Counted from the stretch's first letter, positions 51,036-60,402 are shown. The stretch is DNA of 64,000 nucleotides from Flavobacteriales bacterium (GCA_026993355.1 JALWTX010000015.1:28777-92776), one strand, 5' to 3'. Translations and numbers: made by a program. The notes: generated from the letters alone by a model not told the origin.

Positions 51036-51953
51036 TTGAAAAAGTTTAGCATCATTATCCCCACATATAACCGGCCGGCATTATTGCAGGAACTTCTTAA
51101 TAGTTTAATAATTCAGGAATTTAATCCTGATTTTTTCGAAATTATTATTGTCGATAACAATTCCAATTATGATGTTGCTTCCTTGATCCATGATTTCAAA
51201 TCTGCTTATCCGGAGTTTGATATTAAATATATTCATGAACCCCGTCAAGGTGAGCAATATGCATGGAATACTGGGATTGAGCATGCGCAGGGCAAATTAT
51301 TGATTTTTGTCGATGATGATACAACTTTTCACCGGGATTATTTTGCAACTTTAGAAAAAGATTTTACCAATAAACTGGATGATATTGCCGGTGGCGGGAA
51401 AGTGGCGCCGGTATTTGAATATCAAAAACCGGCTTGGATTAATAAGTATGTGATGCCTTATTTCGCCGAAATAAATTTGGGTGAAAAAACTACTTTCCCT
51501 AAAAATAAGTTTCCTTATGCGACTAATTTATTAATTTCGAAAAACATTTTTAAAAAAATTGGTTTGTTTAAGACAGACTTAGCCGAAGGAAAAAAAAACA
51601 TCCCCCCGGGAACCTTTGAACGGGAATTATTTAAACGGATAAGAGCCGCCGGTTATCCTGTTTATTATTTTCATGATTTAGTGGTTTGGCACTTTATTCC
51701 ACAAGAAAAAATAGATAAAACTTATGTTAAAGAGAAAGCTATAGAGTCGGGGCGGACTTTAAGAGAAATTTATCGCCAAAAAAGTTTTTGGTGGTCACTC
51801 TATGCTTTTTGGATGGATTTACTTAAATGGTTGGCAGCCTGTATTTTGTCTTTATATTATATTTTTACGACGCAATGGGAAAAAGCCGTCATGTTATTTA
51901 AACTTCGCTGGTGGAAAAGTAAAGGTTTTTGGTTTTCGGATGCTAAGGGCTAA
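51036..51953 (+). CDS. Family 2 glycosyltransferase with C-terminal hydrophobic helices (GtrB/CsbB-like size)
   Basis: FSIIIPTYNRP and a DxD (VDDD). The start codon is TTG at 51036, 6 nt after the yfhO stop. The C-terminus has hydrophobic/amphipathic helices (WWSLYAFWMDLLKWLAACILSLYYIF). Confidence 0.8.
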   Translation: MKKFSIIIPTYNRPALLQELLNSLIIQEFNPDFFEIIIVDNNSNYDVASLIHDFKSAYPEFDIKYIHEPRQGEQYAWNTGIEHAQGKLLIFVDDDTTFHRDYFATLEKDFTNKLDDIAGGGKVAPVFEYQKPAWINKYVMPYFAEINLGEKTTFPKNKFPYATNLLISKNIFKKIGLFKTDLAEGKKNIPPGTFERELFKRIRAAGYPVYYFHDLVVWHFIPQEKIDKTYVKEKAIESGRTLREIYRQKSFWWSLYAFWMDLLKWLAACILSLYYIFTTQWEKAVMLFKLRWWKSKGFWFSDAKG

Positions 51954-52004
51954 AAGCCTTTCAAAAAAAATAAAGAAAAATCCGAAAATTAAAAACAAAT
52001 TTTA

Positions 52005-52012
52005 TATATTTG
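52005..52012 (+). promoter_or_regulatory. -7 promoter box TATATTTG for tRNA-Val
   Basis: Exact TAnnTTTG ending 16 nt upstream of the tRNA 5' end. Confidence 0.6.
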
Positions 52013-52028
52013 CAATCGCAAAAACAAA

Positions 52029-52103
52029 GGGTTCTTAGCTCAGTTGGTTCAGAGTATCGCCTTGACAGGGCGGGGGTCGCCGGTTCGAGCCCGGCAGAAC
52101 CCA
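52029..52103 (+). tRNA. tRNA-Val (anticodon GAC)
   Basis: Hand-folded cloverleaf: GGGTTCT/AGAACCC acceptor, anticodon arm TCGCC-TTGACAG-GGCGG, T arm GCCGG-TTCGAGC-CCGGC. No encoded CCA. Confidence 0.95.
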
Positions 52104-52104
52104 C

Positions 52105-52140
52105 AAAGCATGGTAAATATTTATCATGCTTTTTTATTTT
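52105..52140 (+). terminator. Intrinsic terminator after tRNA-Val
   Basis: Stem AAAGCATG / CATGCTTT around an AT-rich self-complementary loop, followed by a T-run. Confidence 0.7.
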
Positions 52141-52142
52141 TC

Positions 52143-52613
52143 TTAATTAAATAAGTGGTAATTTTTAACTTTATTGGGGTGAATCCCAGACCATTTAAAG
52201 GTATCAAAATTGACAACAGCCAAACCGCTGGTGCGCAAATGTACCAAGGGTCCGGGCAAAAAATAATCAGCCAAATCTGTCCAAACGGGATTGTGTCCAA
52301 CTATGATAACATTTTCAAATGTATCAGGTATTTGTTTAATTTGAGACATCACATCAGGCAACGCATGAAAATAAAAAACCGGATTGATACCAATTTGTTT
52401 TTGATACTTTAATTCTTTTGCCAAAATTTCGGCTGTTTCAAAAGCTCTGATGGCAGGACTGCTAATAATCAAATCGGGTTTTACATCTATTTGAAGGAGG
52501 GCCTTGGCACGTTTTATCGTTCTATTTATTCCTTTGGGTGTTAAATACCGTTTAATATCGGGCATAGGTTCTTGTGTGGCTTTGCCATGTCGTATAATGC
52601 TTAAAGTTTTCAT
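52143..52613 (-). CDS. Histidine phosphatase family protein (SixA-like)
   Basis: RHG motif IIRHGKA and second His in VGHNP. Size is 156 aa. Confidence 0.8.
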   Translation of the reverse strand: MKTLSIIRHGKATQEPMPDIKRYLTPKGINRTIKRAKALLQIDVKPDLIISSPAIRAFETAEILAKELKYQKQIGINPVFYFHALPDVMSQIKQIPDTFENVIIVGHNPVWTDLADYFLPGPLVHLRTSGLAVVNFDTFKWSGIHPNKVKNYHLFN

Positions 52614-52623
52614 ATATCATGTT

Positions 52624-53682
52624 TTAGGAATAAGCTTGTTTAATCAGTTTAAAATCTGCCAAAACCAGGGCAGAGAGTGCTTCGACAATAGGGACGGCCC
52701 GCGGTACCACACAAGGATCGTGCCGGCCTTTTCCTTCCACAATTATTTCCTTGCCATTTTTATCAATGCTTTTTTGTGCTTGCATAAGCGTTGCGACCGG
52801 CTTAAAAGCAACTTTGAAATAAATAGGCATCCCGTTAGTGATGCCGCCTTGTATACCACCCGAATGATTGGTTAGTGTTTTTCCGTCGGTTGTAAACACA
52901 TCGTTGTGACGGCTGCCAAGCATTTTACTCCCTTCAAAACCACTTCCGTATTCAAAACCTTTAACTGCTGGTATATTGAGCATGGCGTAGGCCAAACGCG
53001 CTTGTAATTTATCAAATAAAGGCTCGCCTAAGCCGGCCGGCACATTGTTTATAACACAAGTTATTTGTCCACCAATTGTATCACCGGCTTTTTTGACTTC
53101 TTTTATTTTTTGAATAAACTTTTGTGCCATTGTTTCATCCGGACAACGTACGATATTGTTTTCTATTTTGCTTAAATCGAGTTGCGCAAAGGTTTTTGAT
53201 ATGGCCAAATTGCCTACGGCATTAACATAAGCCTTGAAGTCTATTTCAGGTACAATTTGTTTGGCTATGGCACCGGCAACCACAATGGCTGCAGTGGTAC
53301 GGGCAGAACTGCGTCCACCACCACGATGGTCGCGATGTTTATATTTTATGTCATAGGTATAATCAGCATGTGAAGGGCGGTAAGTGTCTTTTAAATGATC
53401 ATAATCCTTGGAGCGGTCATTGGTGTTTTTGATTAAAAAACCAACAGGTGCACCGGTTGTTTTTCCCTCAAAAATACCAGATAAAAAATCTACTTTGTCC
53501 GCTTCATTTCGTTGGGTGGTAATATTGGACTGTCCCGGACGCCGCCTGTTCAATTCGTTTTGAATAGCTTCCATGTCTAATTGTAAATTGGCCGGAACTC
53601 CATCTAATATTCCACCGATACCTTTTCCATGTGATTCGCCAAAACCCGTAAATCGTAAAATTTTTCCGAAACTGTTGTGCAT
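52624..53682 (-). CDS. aroC: Chorismate synthase
   Basis: FGESHG N-terminal signature and RSSARTTA motif. Confidence 0.95.
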   Translation of the reverse strand: MHNSFGKILRFTGFGESHGKGIGGILDGVPANLQLDMEAIQNELNRRRPGQSNITTQRNEADKVDFLSGIFEGKTTGAPVGFLIKNTNDRSKDYDHLKDTYRPSHADYTYDIKYKHRDHRGGGRSSARTTAAIVVAGAIAKQIVPEIDFKAYVNAVGNLAISKTFAQLDLSKIENNIVRCPDETMAQKFIQKIKEVKKAGDTIGGQITCVINNVPAGLGEPLFDKLQARLAYAMLNIPAVKGFEYGSGFEGSKMLGSRHNDVFTTDGKTLTNHSGGIQGGITNGMPIYFKVAFKPVATLMQAQKSIDKNGKEIIVEGKGRHDPCVVPRAVPIVEALSALVLADFKLIKQAYS

Positions 53683-53749
53683 AAAATTTGTCTATGGTTT
53701 GTTTTCTAAAAATACAATTTTTTTATATATATTCGTAAAAAATATCGTT

Positions 53750-54403
53750 ATGTCGCCATTGGTTTTATTTTTAGTTTATTCGTTAGCCTTGCTATTTGTT
53801 ATGCTTATAGCCGAATTGGCTTATAAAGTTTTAAAGTTAGATTCGGAATGGACCCGTAAAATTGCCCATATCGGTTCAGGTATCGTTGCCCTGTCTTATC
53901 CGCTTTTTATTCAAAATCATTTGGTGGTATTGGCCTTAACAATTAGTTTCACGATTATTTTATATATTTCAAAAAAGTTTGAACTTTTTTCTTCCATTTT
54001 TTCTGTTGATCGTCATTCATATGGCGAATTATTTTTTGTTTGGAGTTCTTGGTTATTATTCTGGTTGTATCAATATACCGGCAATCCTCTTTATTTTTAT
54101 CTGCCTTTCGGTGTCGTTGTATTTGCCGATCCGGCTGCTGCTTTGGTAGGAAAGGCGTTTCCGGTAAAAAAATACCGGCTTTTAGGTCATCAAAAATCTA
54201 TAGGCGGCTCTTTAGCCTTTTTTGCCGTCAGTTTTATATTAGCCTATTTTTTAGCTATTCATTATTTAGCTGAAACCAATGTTTTTTTATTTTCATTGAC
54301 ACAAGCCCTTATTTTGACGTTGGTTGAAGCTGTTTCACATAAAGGTTGGGATAACTTTACCATACCCTTGGTTTCAGTTATCTTAATATATATTTGGCTT
54401 TAA
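53750..54403 (+). CDS. CTP-dependent polyprenol/phytol kinase-family membrane protein (SEC59/DGK1/VTE5-like)
   Basis: TRKIAHIGSG and ADPAAALVGKAF...KSIGGSLAFF motifs in a polytopic protein. I chose the start at ATG 53750; the ORF-track start 53573 lies antisense inside aroC. Confidence 0.6.
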   Translation: MSPLVLFLVYSLALLFVMLIAELAYKVLKLDSEWTRKIAHIGSGIVALSYPLFIQNHLVVLALTISFTIILYISKKFELFSSIFSVDRHSYGELFFVWSSWLLFWLYQYTGNPLYFYLPFGVVVFADPAAALVGKAFPVKKYRLLGHQKSIGGSLAFFAVSFILAYFLAIHYLAETNVFLFSLTQALILTLVEAVSHKGWDNFTIPLVSVILIYIWL

Positions 54404-54406
54404 AAT

Positions 54407-55006
54407 ATGAAACTAATCAGTATTACAGGTCCGGATGGTAGTGGTAAATCTACGCAAGCCAAGCTTTTAGCGGCTTCCTTACCCGGCAGTCGTATTGTTT
54501 CGGTTTGGGATGTCATCAAACGGCCGGAATTTAAGCCGGAAAGAATTTATTTAAGCTCGCCAAAAGTAGAAGAATATGTGACGGACTTACATCCTTTTAG
54601 CCGTTCATTATTTATTTTTCATGCCTTTAATGAAGCCTATGTAAAAGCACTTGCTTCATCGGCAAAATATTTGATTTTTGATGGGTATTGGTATAAATAT
54701 TGGGCTGTAGAAAAAGCTATGGGTGCGCCTGCATTACTTGAAGATGTGCTTAAAAAGCAATATCGTACACCTGATTATAATTTTTATATTGACCTTCCTG
54801 TCGGACATATATTGAAAAGGAAAAAGCAATATTCTGTGTATGAAACGGCCAAGGCAAAAGATAAAATGAATGCTTTTATGAAAATTCAAACAGAAGCCGG
54901 AGAAATACTGCGCCGCTTAATGCCTAAAAATACCCTTAGGTTGGATGGAAGTCAGATGCCCGAAGTTATACACCACCAAATATCTCATATTATAAATGCG
55001 TCTTAA
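54407..55006 (+). CDS. Thymidylate-kinase-like P-loop kinase (non-canonical)
   Basis: P-loop GPDGSGKST. The position of the Tmk DR(Y/F) motif reads FDGYWY, so the Arg is absent. Confidence 0.5.
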   Translation: MKLISITGPDGSGKSTQAKLLAASLPGSRIVSVWDVIKRPEFKPERIYLSSPKVEEYVTDLHPFSRSLFIFHAFNEAYVKALASSAKYLIFDGYWYKYWAVEKAMGAPALLEDVLKKQYRTPDYNFYIDLPVGHILKRKKQYSVYETAKAKDKMNAFMKIQTEAGEILRRLMPKNTLRLDGSQMPEVIHHQISHIINAS

Positions 55007-55823
55007 AGAAATTTTAAACAGATATTTATACGATTTATCATCTTTATACACGCCTGAGGAAATTAAAGCTGTTTTTTTTAGGCTTACTGAACATTTTTAC
55101 CAAATTAAGCGTTTAGACCTGGCTATTGACCCAGATCTGAGGCTTCCAGATAAGCGTTTAGAAGTTGCTTTGCCCGAATTACAACAAGGAAAACCATGGC
55201 AATATATAACCGGAGAAGTAACTTTTTGCCATTTGCCTTTAAAAGTGAATTCGCATACTTTGATTCCGCGTCCTGAAACAGAAGAGTTAGTCGATTGGGT
55301 TTATAAGGATTGGAAGGGCAAATACGTTAAAATTTTGGATATTGGCACAGGGAGTGGTGCAATTGCCATTGGTTTGGGTACTAAATTGCCACAGGCCAAA
55401 ATATCAGCTTTAGATATTTCTCTTGAAGCATTGCAAATAGCCCGTGAAAATGCACAAGACAATCGGCAAGATATAGAATTTATTCATCAAGATATTTTTT
55501 CAATTGAGGCTCACAATTTAAATTATGATATAATAGTCAGTAATCCGCCTTATGTCCGGGAGAGTGAAAAAAAATTAATGTCAGATAATGTTTTGAAATA
55601 TGAGCCTGCTAATGCTCTTTTTGTACTGGACAGACAAGCTTTAAAATTTTATGACCGAATTTTAGATTTGGCTCTCAAAAGTTGCACCAAAATGGTTTAT
55701 TTTGAAATAAATGAATATTTAAAAAACGAATTGGAAGCGCTACTGAATCGCAAAAATCTCACGGATTTTACTTTTAAAAAAGATTTTTTTGGAAAATGGC
55801 GCATGTTAAAAGTGCTTATTTAA
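54996..55823 (+). CDS. prmC: Release factor glutamine N5-methyltransferase
   Basis: SAM motif LDIGTGSGAIAI and catalytic NPPY (SNPPYV). Confidence 0.9.
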   Translation: MRLKEILNRYLYDLSSLYTPEEIKAVFFRLTEHFYQIKRLDLAIDPDLRLPDKRLEVALPELQQGKPWQYITGEVTFCHLPLKVNSHTLIPRPETEELVDWVYKDWKGKYVKILDIGTGSGAIAIGLGTKLPQAKISALDISLEALQIARENAQDNRQDIEFIHQDIFSIEAHNLNYDIIVSNPPYVRESEKKLMSDNVLKYEPANALFVLDRQALKFYDRILDLALKSCTKMVYFEINEYLKNELEALLNRKNLTDFTFKKDFFGKWRMLKVLI

Positions 55824-57045
55824 ATTGTGCTAACAGTTCTGCAACTGTAAAAGTGCTTCCGCCCAGAAAAATTAAATCTTCTTGCCCGGCATTATTTTTA
55901 GCACATGTTAAAGCTTCGGTTAATGTTTTAAATGTTTTTCCCGGCAGACCAAATTGTTGTGCTTTCTTGACAAGTATTTTTTCATCTAAAGCACGCGGAA
56001 TTTTGGCTTTACTAAAATAATAATTAGCCTCTTTGGGAAACACTGGCAGGATTTCATCTAAATTTTTATCATTTACAAAACTCAGGACGAAATGTAAATT
56101 TTGGTGTGGTGTTTGTGCAATTTGTTTTAGAACCATTTTTAATCCATCTGCATTGTGTGCGGTATCGGCAATAATAAGTGGTTTTTCGCCCAAAATTTCC
56201 CAACGCCCTCTCAATCCCGTGTTTTTAGTAACATTTTGTAATCCTAAACGGATATGTTCAGTTGTAATTTTCCATCCCTTTTTTTGCAATTGATAAACTG
56301 CTGCCAAAACGGTTTTCAAATTTTCTTGTTGATAGAGTCCTTTAAGGCCGGTTTTATAAACAGGCAATGTTAAGTCTTCACTAAAAATTAGCGGTGCATT
56401 TTTTTGTTTGGCTATTTCTGAAAAAACGAATTGTGTGTCCGGTTGTTTTCTGCCTATAACAACCGGTGTTCCGGTTTTTATGATACCGGCTTTTTCTCTG
56501 GCAATATGAGAAAGTTTATTTCCTAAAATAGCCGTATGGTCAAAGCCGATATTAGTAATAATGCTCAATTCGGGTTGAATAATATTAGTACTGTCTAAGC
56601 GGCCGCCTAAGCCTACTTCTACCACTGCTATGTCCACTTGTTTTTTTGCAAATTGTTGAAAGGCTAATCCAACGGTCATTTCAAAAAATGAAAGTGCATT
56701 ATCTTCAAAAAACGGACGGTGTTTTTTGACAAAATTAATAACGCAATTTTTTCTGATCAATTGACCGTTTAATCTTATACGCTCTCTAAAATCTAATAAA
56801 TGTGGTGAGGTATATAAACCTGTTTGATAACCGGCTTCTTGCAAAATAGAAGCCAACATATGTGATACCGAGCCTTTACCATTGGTGCCGGCAACATGAA
56901 TGCTTTTAAATTTATTGGCTGGATTGCCTAAATAAGTATCTAATTTGCGAATATTGGTTAAATCGTTTTTATAGGCTTTACGGCCTTTATGCTGGTACAT
57001 GGGCAATTGGGCAAATAACCATTGCAGAGTTTCTTCGTAGGTCAA
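55816..57045 (-). CDS. folC: Folylpolyglutamate synthase/dihydrofolate synthase
   Basis: Mur-ligase-like P-loop GTNGKGS and N-terminal TYEETLQWLFAQLPMYQ. I propose a TTG start at 57045, 1 nt after the tonB stop. The ATG of the ORF track (57168) would overlap tonB by 122 nt. Confidence 0.8.
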   Translation of the reverse strand: MTYEETLQWLFAQLPMYQHKGRKAYKNDLTNIRKLDTYLGNPANKFKSIHVAGTNGKGSVSHMLASILQEAGYQTGLYTSPHLLDFRERIRLNGQLIRKNCVINFVKKHRPFFEDNALSFFEMTVGLAFQQFAKKQVDIAVVEVGLGGRLDSTNIIQPELSIITNIGFDHTAILGNKLSHIAREKAGIIKTGTPVVIGRKQPDTQFVFSEIAKQKNAPLIFSEDLTLPVYKTGLKGLYQQENLKTVLAAVYQLQKKGWKITTEHIRLGLQNVTKNTGLRGRWEILGEKPLIIADTAHNADGLKMVLKQIAQTPHQNLHFVLSFVNDKNLDEILPVFPKEANYYFSKAKIPRALDEKILVKKAQQFGLPGKTFKTLTEALTCAKNNAGQEDLIFLGGSTFTVAELLAQFK

Positions 57046-57046
57046 T

Positions 57047-57847
57047 TTATTCAGTGACTTTAAAGTTATAAATAATTTTACCAATTTGCGTTTCTGGCGC
57101 CTTGGTATCTTCCGTCCACCTTGTTTTGAGGGCTGCATATTTGGCTGCTTGCAGCAAACAAGGCGCATTATTAGTACTTCCTTTTACACCCGGTATGGCT
57201 TTAATAACGCGGCCTTTCCTATTCACATATATTTTCACCACAACACGTCCTTCTTCATTACAGTTATAAGCTGGCTTCGGTTTATTTTTCGCATTTCTGT
57301 TTCCTAACCGGTAGTTGCCGTTGCCGCTTGCACCATGACCTCCTGCACCATAATATCCTGATGAATCCGGATCTCCATTTGACAAACCTTTATCACCACT
57401 TTTTGTATCATTACCTTCACCGCCTTTCTCCTGATTCTCTTGTCCTGGTGCATTGGCTACATTATTTAAAATGTCAGTAATATGCTTGTCAGGCTTTGGT
57501 TTGGGCTTTGGTTTGGGCTTACTTTCCAGTTTCGGTTTATTTTTTTTAGTCGTCTTTTTTATAACCGGCGCCTCTGTATTATTTTGGGTCAAAACCTGTT
57601 CCTTTATCACCGGTTTAGTTTCCGGTTTGGGGGCTTTTTTTTGTGTTGGCGTTTTAACCGGTTTGTTATGTTTGGGTTGTATGAGTCCTCTGCCTTTTTC
57701 ACTTGAGCCAAAATTGACAGCAATTCCTGTTTCTGGTGGTGGGTCTAAATAGGTCATACCACTGATAAACATTAAAAGAATGAGAAGCAGTATCACAATG
57801 CTAGCTTCTATAAGGGCTTTTCTTTTATGTTTATCTCTAAGTGTCAT
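57047..57847 (-). CDS. tonB: Energy transducer TonB-family protein
   Basis: N-terminal TM anchor, Lys/Pro-rich spacer (KPKPKPKPKP), and a C-terminal TonB-like domain (GRVVVKIYVNRKGRV). Follows exbB-exbD. Confidence 0.8.
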   Translation of the reverse strand: MTLRDKHKRKALIEASIVILLLILLMFISGMTYLDPPPETGIAVNFGSSEKGRGLIQPKHNKPVKTPTQKKAPKPETKPVIKEQVLTQNNTEAPVIKKTTKKNKPKLESKPKPKPKPKPDKHITDILNNVANAPGQENQEKGGEGNDTKSGDKGLSNGDPDSSGYYGAGGHGASGNGNYRLGNRNAKNKPKPAYNCNEEGRVVVKIYVNRKGRVIKAIPGVKGSTNNAPCLLQAAKYAALKTRWTEDTKAPETQIGKIIYNFKVTE

Positions 57848-57902
57848 AAAATTATGAATATATATAAAAATGGATGCAGATATTATGCCAAATTAGTTGC
57901 TT

Positions 57903-58295
57903 TTATTTTGGACGAACAGCTAAAATAACTTTGTAGTTATTTCTGTTGGCAATATCCATAACATAAACTGCTTTTTCGATAGGCACACCTTCTTCGGCCC
58001 GAAGGATAATAACCGGTTTTTTCTCTTTTGAAAGCATTGCTTTTAATCGGGTTTCTAAGTTTTTGGGGTCAACTTGCCGTTTATTAATGTAGTATTCTTG
58101 TTTTTTGTTAATACTAACCGACAAATTTTGACTATGTTCTGTTTTACCCTTGGCTTTGGGTAAAACCAAATCTAAGGCATCTGCTGTAACCAATGTTGAG
58201 GTCAGCATAAAAAAGATCAGTAACAAAAACACAATATCAGTCATAGATGCCATGCTAAATTCCGGGCTGACTTTGTTTCTTCCTTTAATATCCAT
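57903..58295 (-). CDS. exbD: Biopolymer transport protein ExbD/TolR
   Basis: 130 aa with the TM segment MTDIVFLLLIFFM and an ExbD periplasmic domain pattern. Confidence 0.85.
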   Translation of the reverse strand: MDIKGRNKVSPEFSMASMTDIVFLLLIFFMLTSTLVTADALDLVLPKAKGKTEHSQNLSVSINKKQEYYINKRQVDPKNLETRLKAMLSKEKKPVIILRAEEGVPIEKAVYVMDIANRNNYKVILAVRPK

Positions 58296-58301
58296 AATGT
58301 T

Positions 58302-59024
58302 TTAACTGGGTTCGTTTAGTAAATCTAAAAATTCGACAGCATTGGCTTCCATTTGGTGGACAACCTTATCTGTTTTGACAACCAAATGGTTGTAGGCAAT
58401 ATAGGCGATAATCCCTACAATTAAACCGGCAACGGTGGTAGTCATGGCTGTATAAATGCCTTGTGCTAAGGAACTGACTTCTATTTTTCCGCCACCACTG
58501 GCCATATTATGAAAAGCCAAAATCATTCCGATTACTGTTCCCAAAAAACCAATCATGGGAGCTGCGCCGGCAATGGTCGCTAAAGTACTGACATTTTTTT
58601 CCAATTTATAAACTTCCAATTTCCCGGCGTTTTCAATGGCTTTATTGATGTCATCTAAAGGTTTGCCAATCCGGCTGACCCCTTTTTCAATCAGGTTGCC
58701 CACAGCCGTATCATATTGTTGTGCCAGCATTTTGGCGCCTTCAATATTCCCTGATTTGATAAAAGCTCTGATTTGATTCATAAAATTAGGGTCAATTTTG
58801 GCTGCTGCTTTTATAGCCGATAGTCGTTCGAAATAAATAACCAAAGCCACAAAAAGCATAATAAACAAAATGGCAATAATGATAATACCGCCGGTTCCGG
58901 CATTCATAATCAGATCTATTACTCTGAGTTTTTTTTCTTGTGGAATAGCTTCATCGACAATTTTCCCGGCTTGTGCCACGCTGTTTTGCACATGTCCGGC
59001 TTGTAAAAGGGTGATTAAATTCAT
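58302..59024 (-). CDS. exbB: MotA/TolQ/ExbB proton channel protein
   Basis: Three TM helices with the conserved C-terminal region GAAPMIGFLGTVIGMI. Confidence 0.85.
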   Translation of the reverse strand: MNLITLLQAGHVQNSVAQAGKIVDEAIPQEKKLRVIDLIMNAGTGGIIIIAILFIMLFVALVIYFERLSAIKAAAKIDPNFMNQIRAFIKSGNIEGAKMLAQQYDTAVGNLIEKGVSRIGKPLDDINKAIENAGKLEVYKLEKNVSTLATIAGAAPMIGFLGTVIGMILAFHNMASGGGKIEVSSLAQGIYTAMTTTVAGLIVGIIAYIAYNHLVVKTDKVVHQMEANAVEFLDLLNEPS

Positions 59025-59091
59025 AAATTTATAAGTTTATTTCTTGATTGAATCATTTATAAAACGAAAGTAAACATTTTTTATTATAGTA

Positions 59092-59122
59092 TAAAAAATG
59101 AGAAGTTAAAATTTAACTTCTC
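59092..59122 (-). terminator. Intrinsic terminator after the 59149-59586 gene
   Basis: 10-bp stem GAGAAGTTAA / TTAACTTCTC with a 3-nt loop. It is followed on the minus strand by T6. Confidence 0.7.
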
Positions 59123-59148
59123 ACTTTCAGGTATTGGTTAATGTTTTA

Positions 59149-59586
59149 TTATTCTGCAGTCTCTTCAGTTTCTTCCGAGGTGTCTTCGCTTTCTTTTTGT
59201 GCTAAAAAATCTTTTAAAATACCGGCTTCTTGCAGTAAATTATACCATTGGACAATTTTTTTTATATGAGAAGGATAAACACGTTCTTCATCATAATCGG
59301 GTAAAACTTCTTTAAAGTAATGCTCTAATTCCGTTTTTCCGCTTTTGTGACTGATGGTTTTTTCATAGTTTTCCTTTTCGGCTATCTTTTTGAATACTTG
59401 CCATAAAGGTATTTCTTCATTATAGGTATAAATAGCAATTTCATCTAAAGCAGAAATGTTGGTGAAGGGGGCCATCACCCGCTTTTTGTCGGTTAAAGAT
59501 TCTGCTATAATACCGGATTTGGTCGAAGTTAAAAGTTTGAATAATCCGCTTTTTCCTGAAATACTAATAATTCTGTAGGCTGTCAT
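59149..59586 (-). CDS. Conserved hypothetical cytoplasmic protein with an acidic tail (possibly DUF5606 family)
   Basis: Clean 145-aa ORF with its own terminator. The family name is from memory only. Confidence 0.45.
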   Translation of the reverse strand: MTAYRIISISGKSGLFKLLTSTKSGIIAESLTDKKRVMAPFTNISALDEIAIYTYNEEIPLWQVFKKIAEKENYEKTISHKSGKTELEHYFKEVLPDYDEERVYPSHIKKIVQWYNLLQEAGILKDFLAQKESEDTSEETEETAE

Positions 59587-59691
59587 TTTCCTTTTTTTAT
59601 CTCTTGTTGTTTTAATTTTTTTAAATAAATTTCAATTGATCATATAAATTATAAATGATGTATCTTTGAAAAAAATAAGCACAAAGATAAA

Positions 59692-60402
59692 ATGAAATTT
59701 TTATACATAACCTTATTAACTGTTTTTTTTGTTGGCTGTCAACAAAAAGATTTAAAAGTTCCGGTAAATGATCAGCCCGGCTTACATGAAGTTTGGAACA
59801 ATTCACCCGTGTATATTTTGTTGAAAAAAAACGGAAATGATACTCTTGCCGATTTGAAATTAGGCCAAACCATATCTACTACCAAATGGCTGGTGGCTGT
59901 AGATAAACGCTTAAAATTGAAGCATTTATTGCCCGCCTTGAAAAAAGTAATCCGAAAAAGACGAAAAAAATCGATGCATTCGGATGGGAAAGGGCAAATG
60001 TATTTTACATATTTGGATAGCCTGCAAAACAAAATTTCATTTGTCGAATTTACACATTTAGATATAATGCCCGATTATTTTCAATCGAAATCTTATTTTG
60101 ATGAATATCCAAAAGCCGAGATGAACACGGAAAAATGGCACGTTGTTTTAACACCAAACTTTTATAGAATTAACGATTCAATTGTCTTGCCTCTTAATTC
60201 ATCACTGAAGCAATTAGGCCAAAAATTAGCTGAATTGGATAATCAAAAAGTAAAAGGGGAAAAACGTCAAATCTATTTGAATTTTGACCATCGTTTGTCT
60301 TTTGATCACTTTTTAAATACTTTTGTTTATTTTAAAAACCATCCTTTAAAAAACAGCCAAATCAGTTCAAAAATTTTTATATTTACCCCAAATAAATCCT
60401 GA
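59692..60402 (+). CDS. Lipoprotein of unknown function, translationally coupled to cdaA
   Basis: Lipobox LLTVFFVGC. The stop TGA (60400-60402) overlaps the cdaA ATG (60402-60404) as TGATG. Confidence 0.6.
   Translation: MKFLYITLLTVFFVGCQQKDLKVPVNDQPGLHEVWNNSPVYILLKKNGNDTLADLKLGQTISTTKWLVAVDKRLKLKHLLPALKKVIRKRRKKSMHSDGKGQMYFTYLDSLQNKISFVEFTHLDIMPDYFQSKSYFDEYPKAEMNTEKWHVVLTPNFYRINDSIVLPLNSSLKQLGQKLAELDNQKVKGEKRQIYLNFDHRLSFDHFLNTFVYFKNHPLKNSQISSKIFIFTPNKS

Noticed and set aside
51802-52038. A 78-aa ORF spanning the GT2 3' end and running into tRNA-Val.
   Set aside because: It overlaps the GT2 coding frame, the tRNA-Val promoter box and the first bases of the tRNA, so it is not credible as a gene.
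53573-53749. N-terminal extensions proposed by the ORF track: 53573 for the polyprenol-kinase-like gene, 24180 for fabI, 22799 for lpd, 61199 for hpt, 29252 for lolA and 38362 for mazG.
   Set aside because: The extensions overlap neighbouring genes or lie upstream of the promoter box, and they add non-conserved residues. Internal Met starts give canonical N-termini.
57492-57520. A tandem 12-nt repeat, GGCTTTGGTTTG x2 plus a partial copy, and the antisense ORFs 57453-57752 and 57482-57706.
   Set aside because: This is the coding sequence of the (KP)n spacer of TonB on the minus strand, a normal feature of TonB linkers. It is not a CRISPR or satellite, and the antisense ORFs are by-products of the low-complexity repeat. 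Length variation by slippage is possible but unremarkable.
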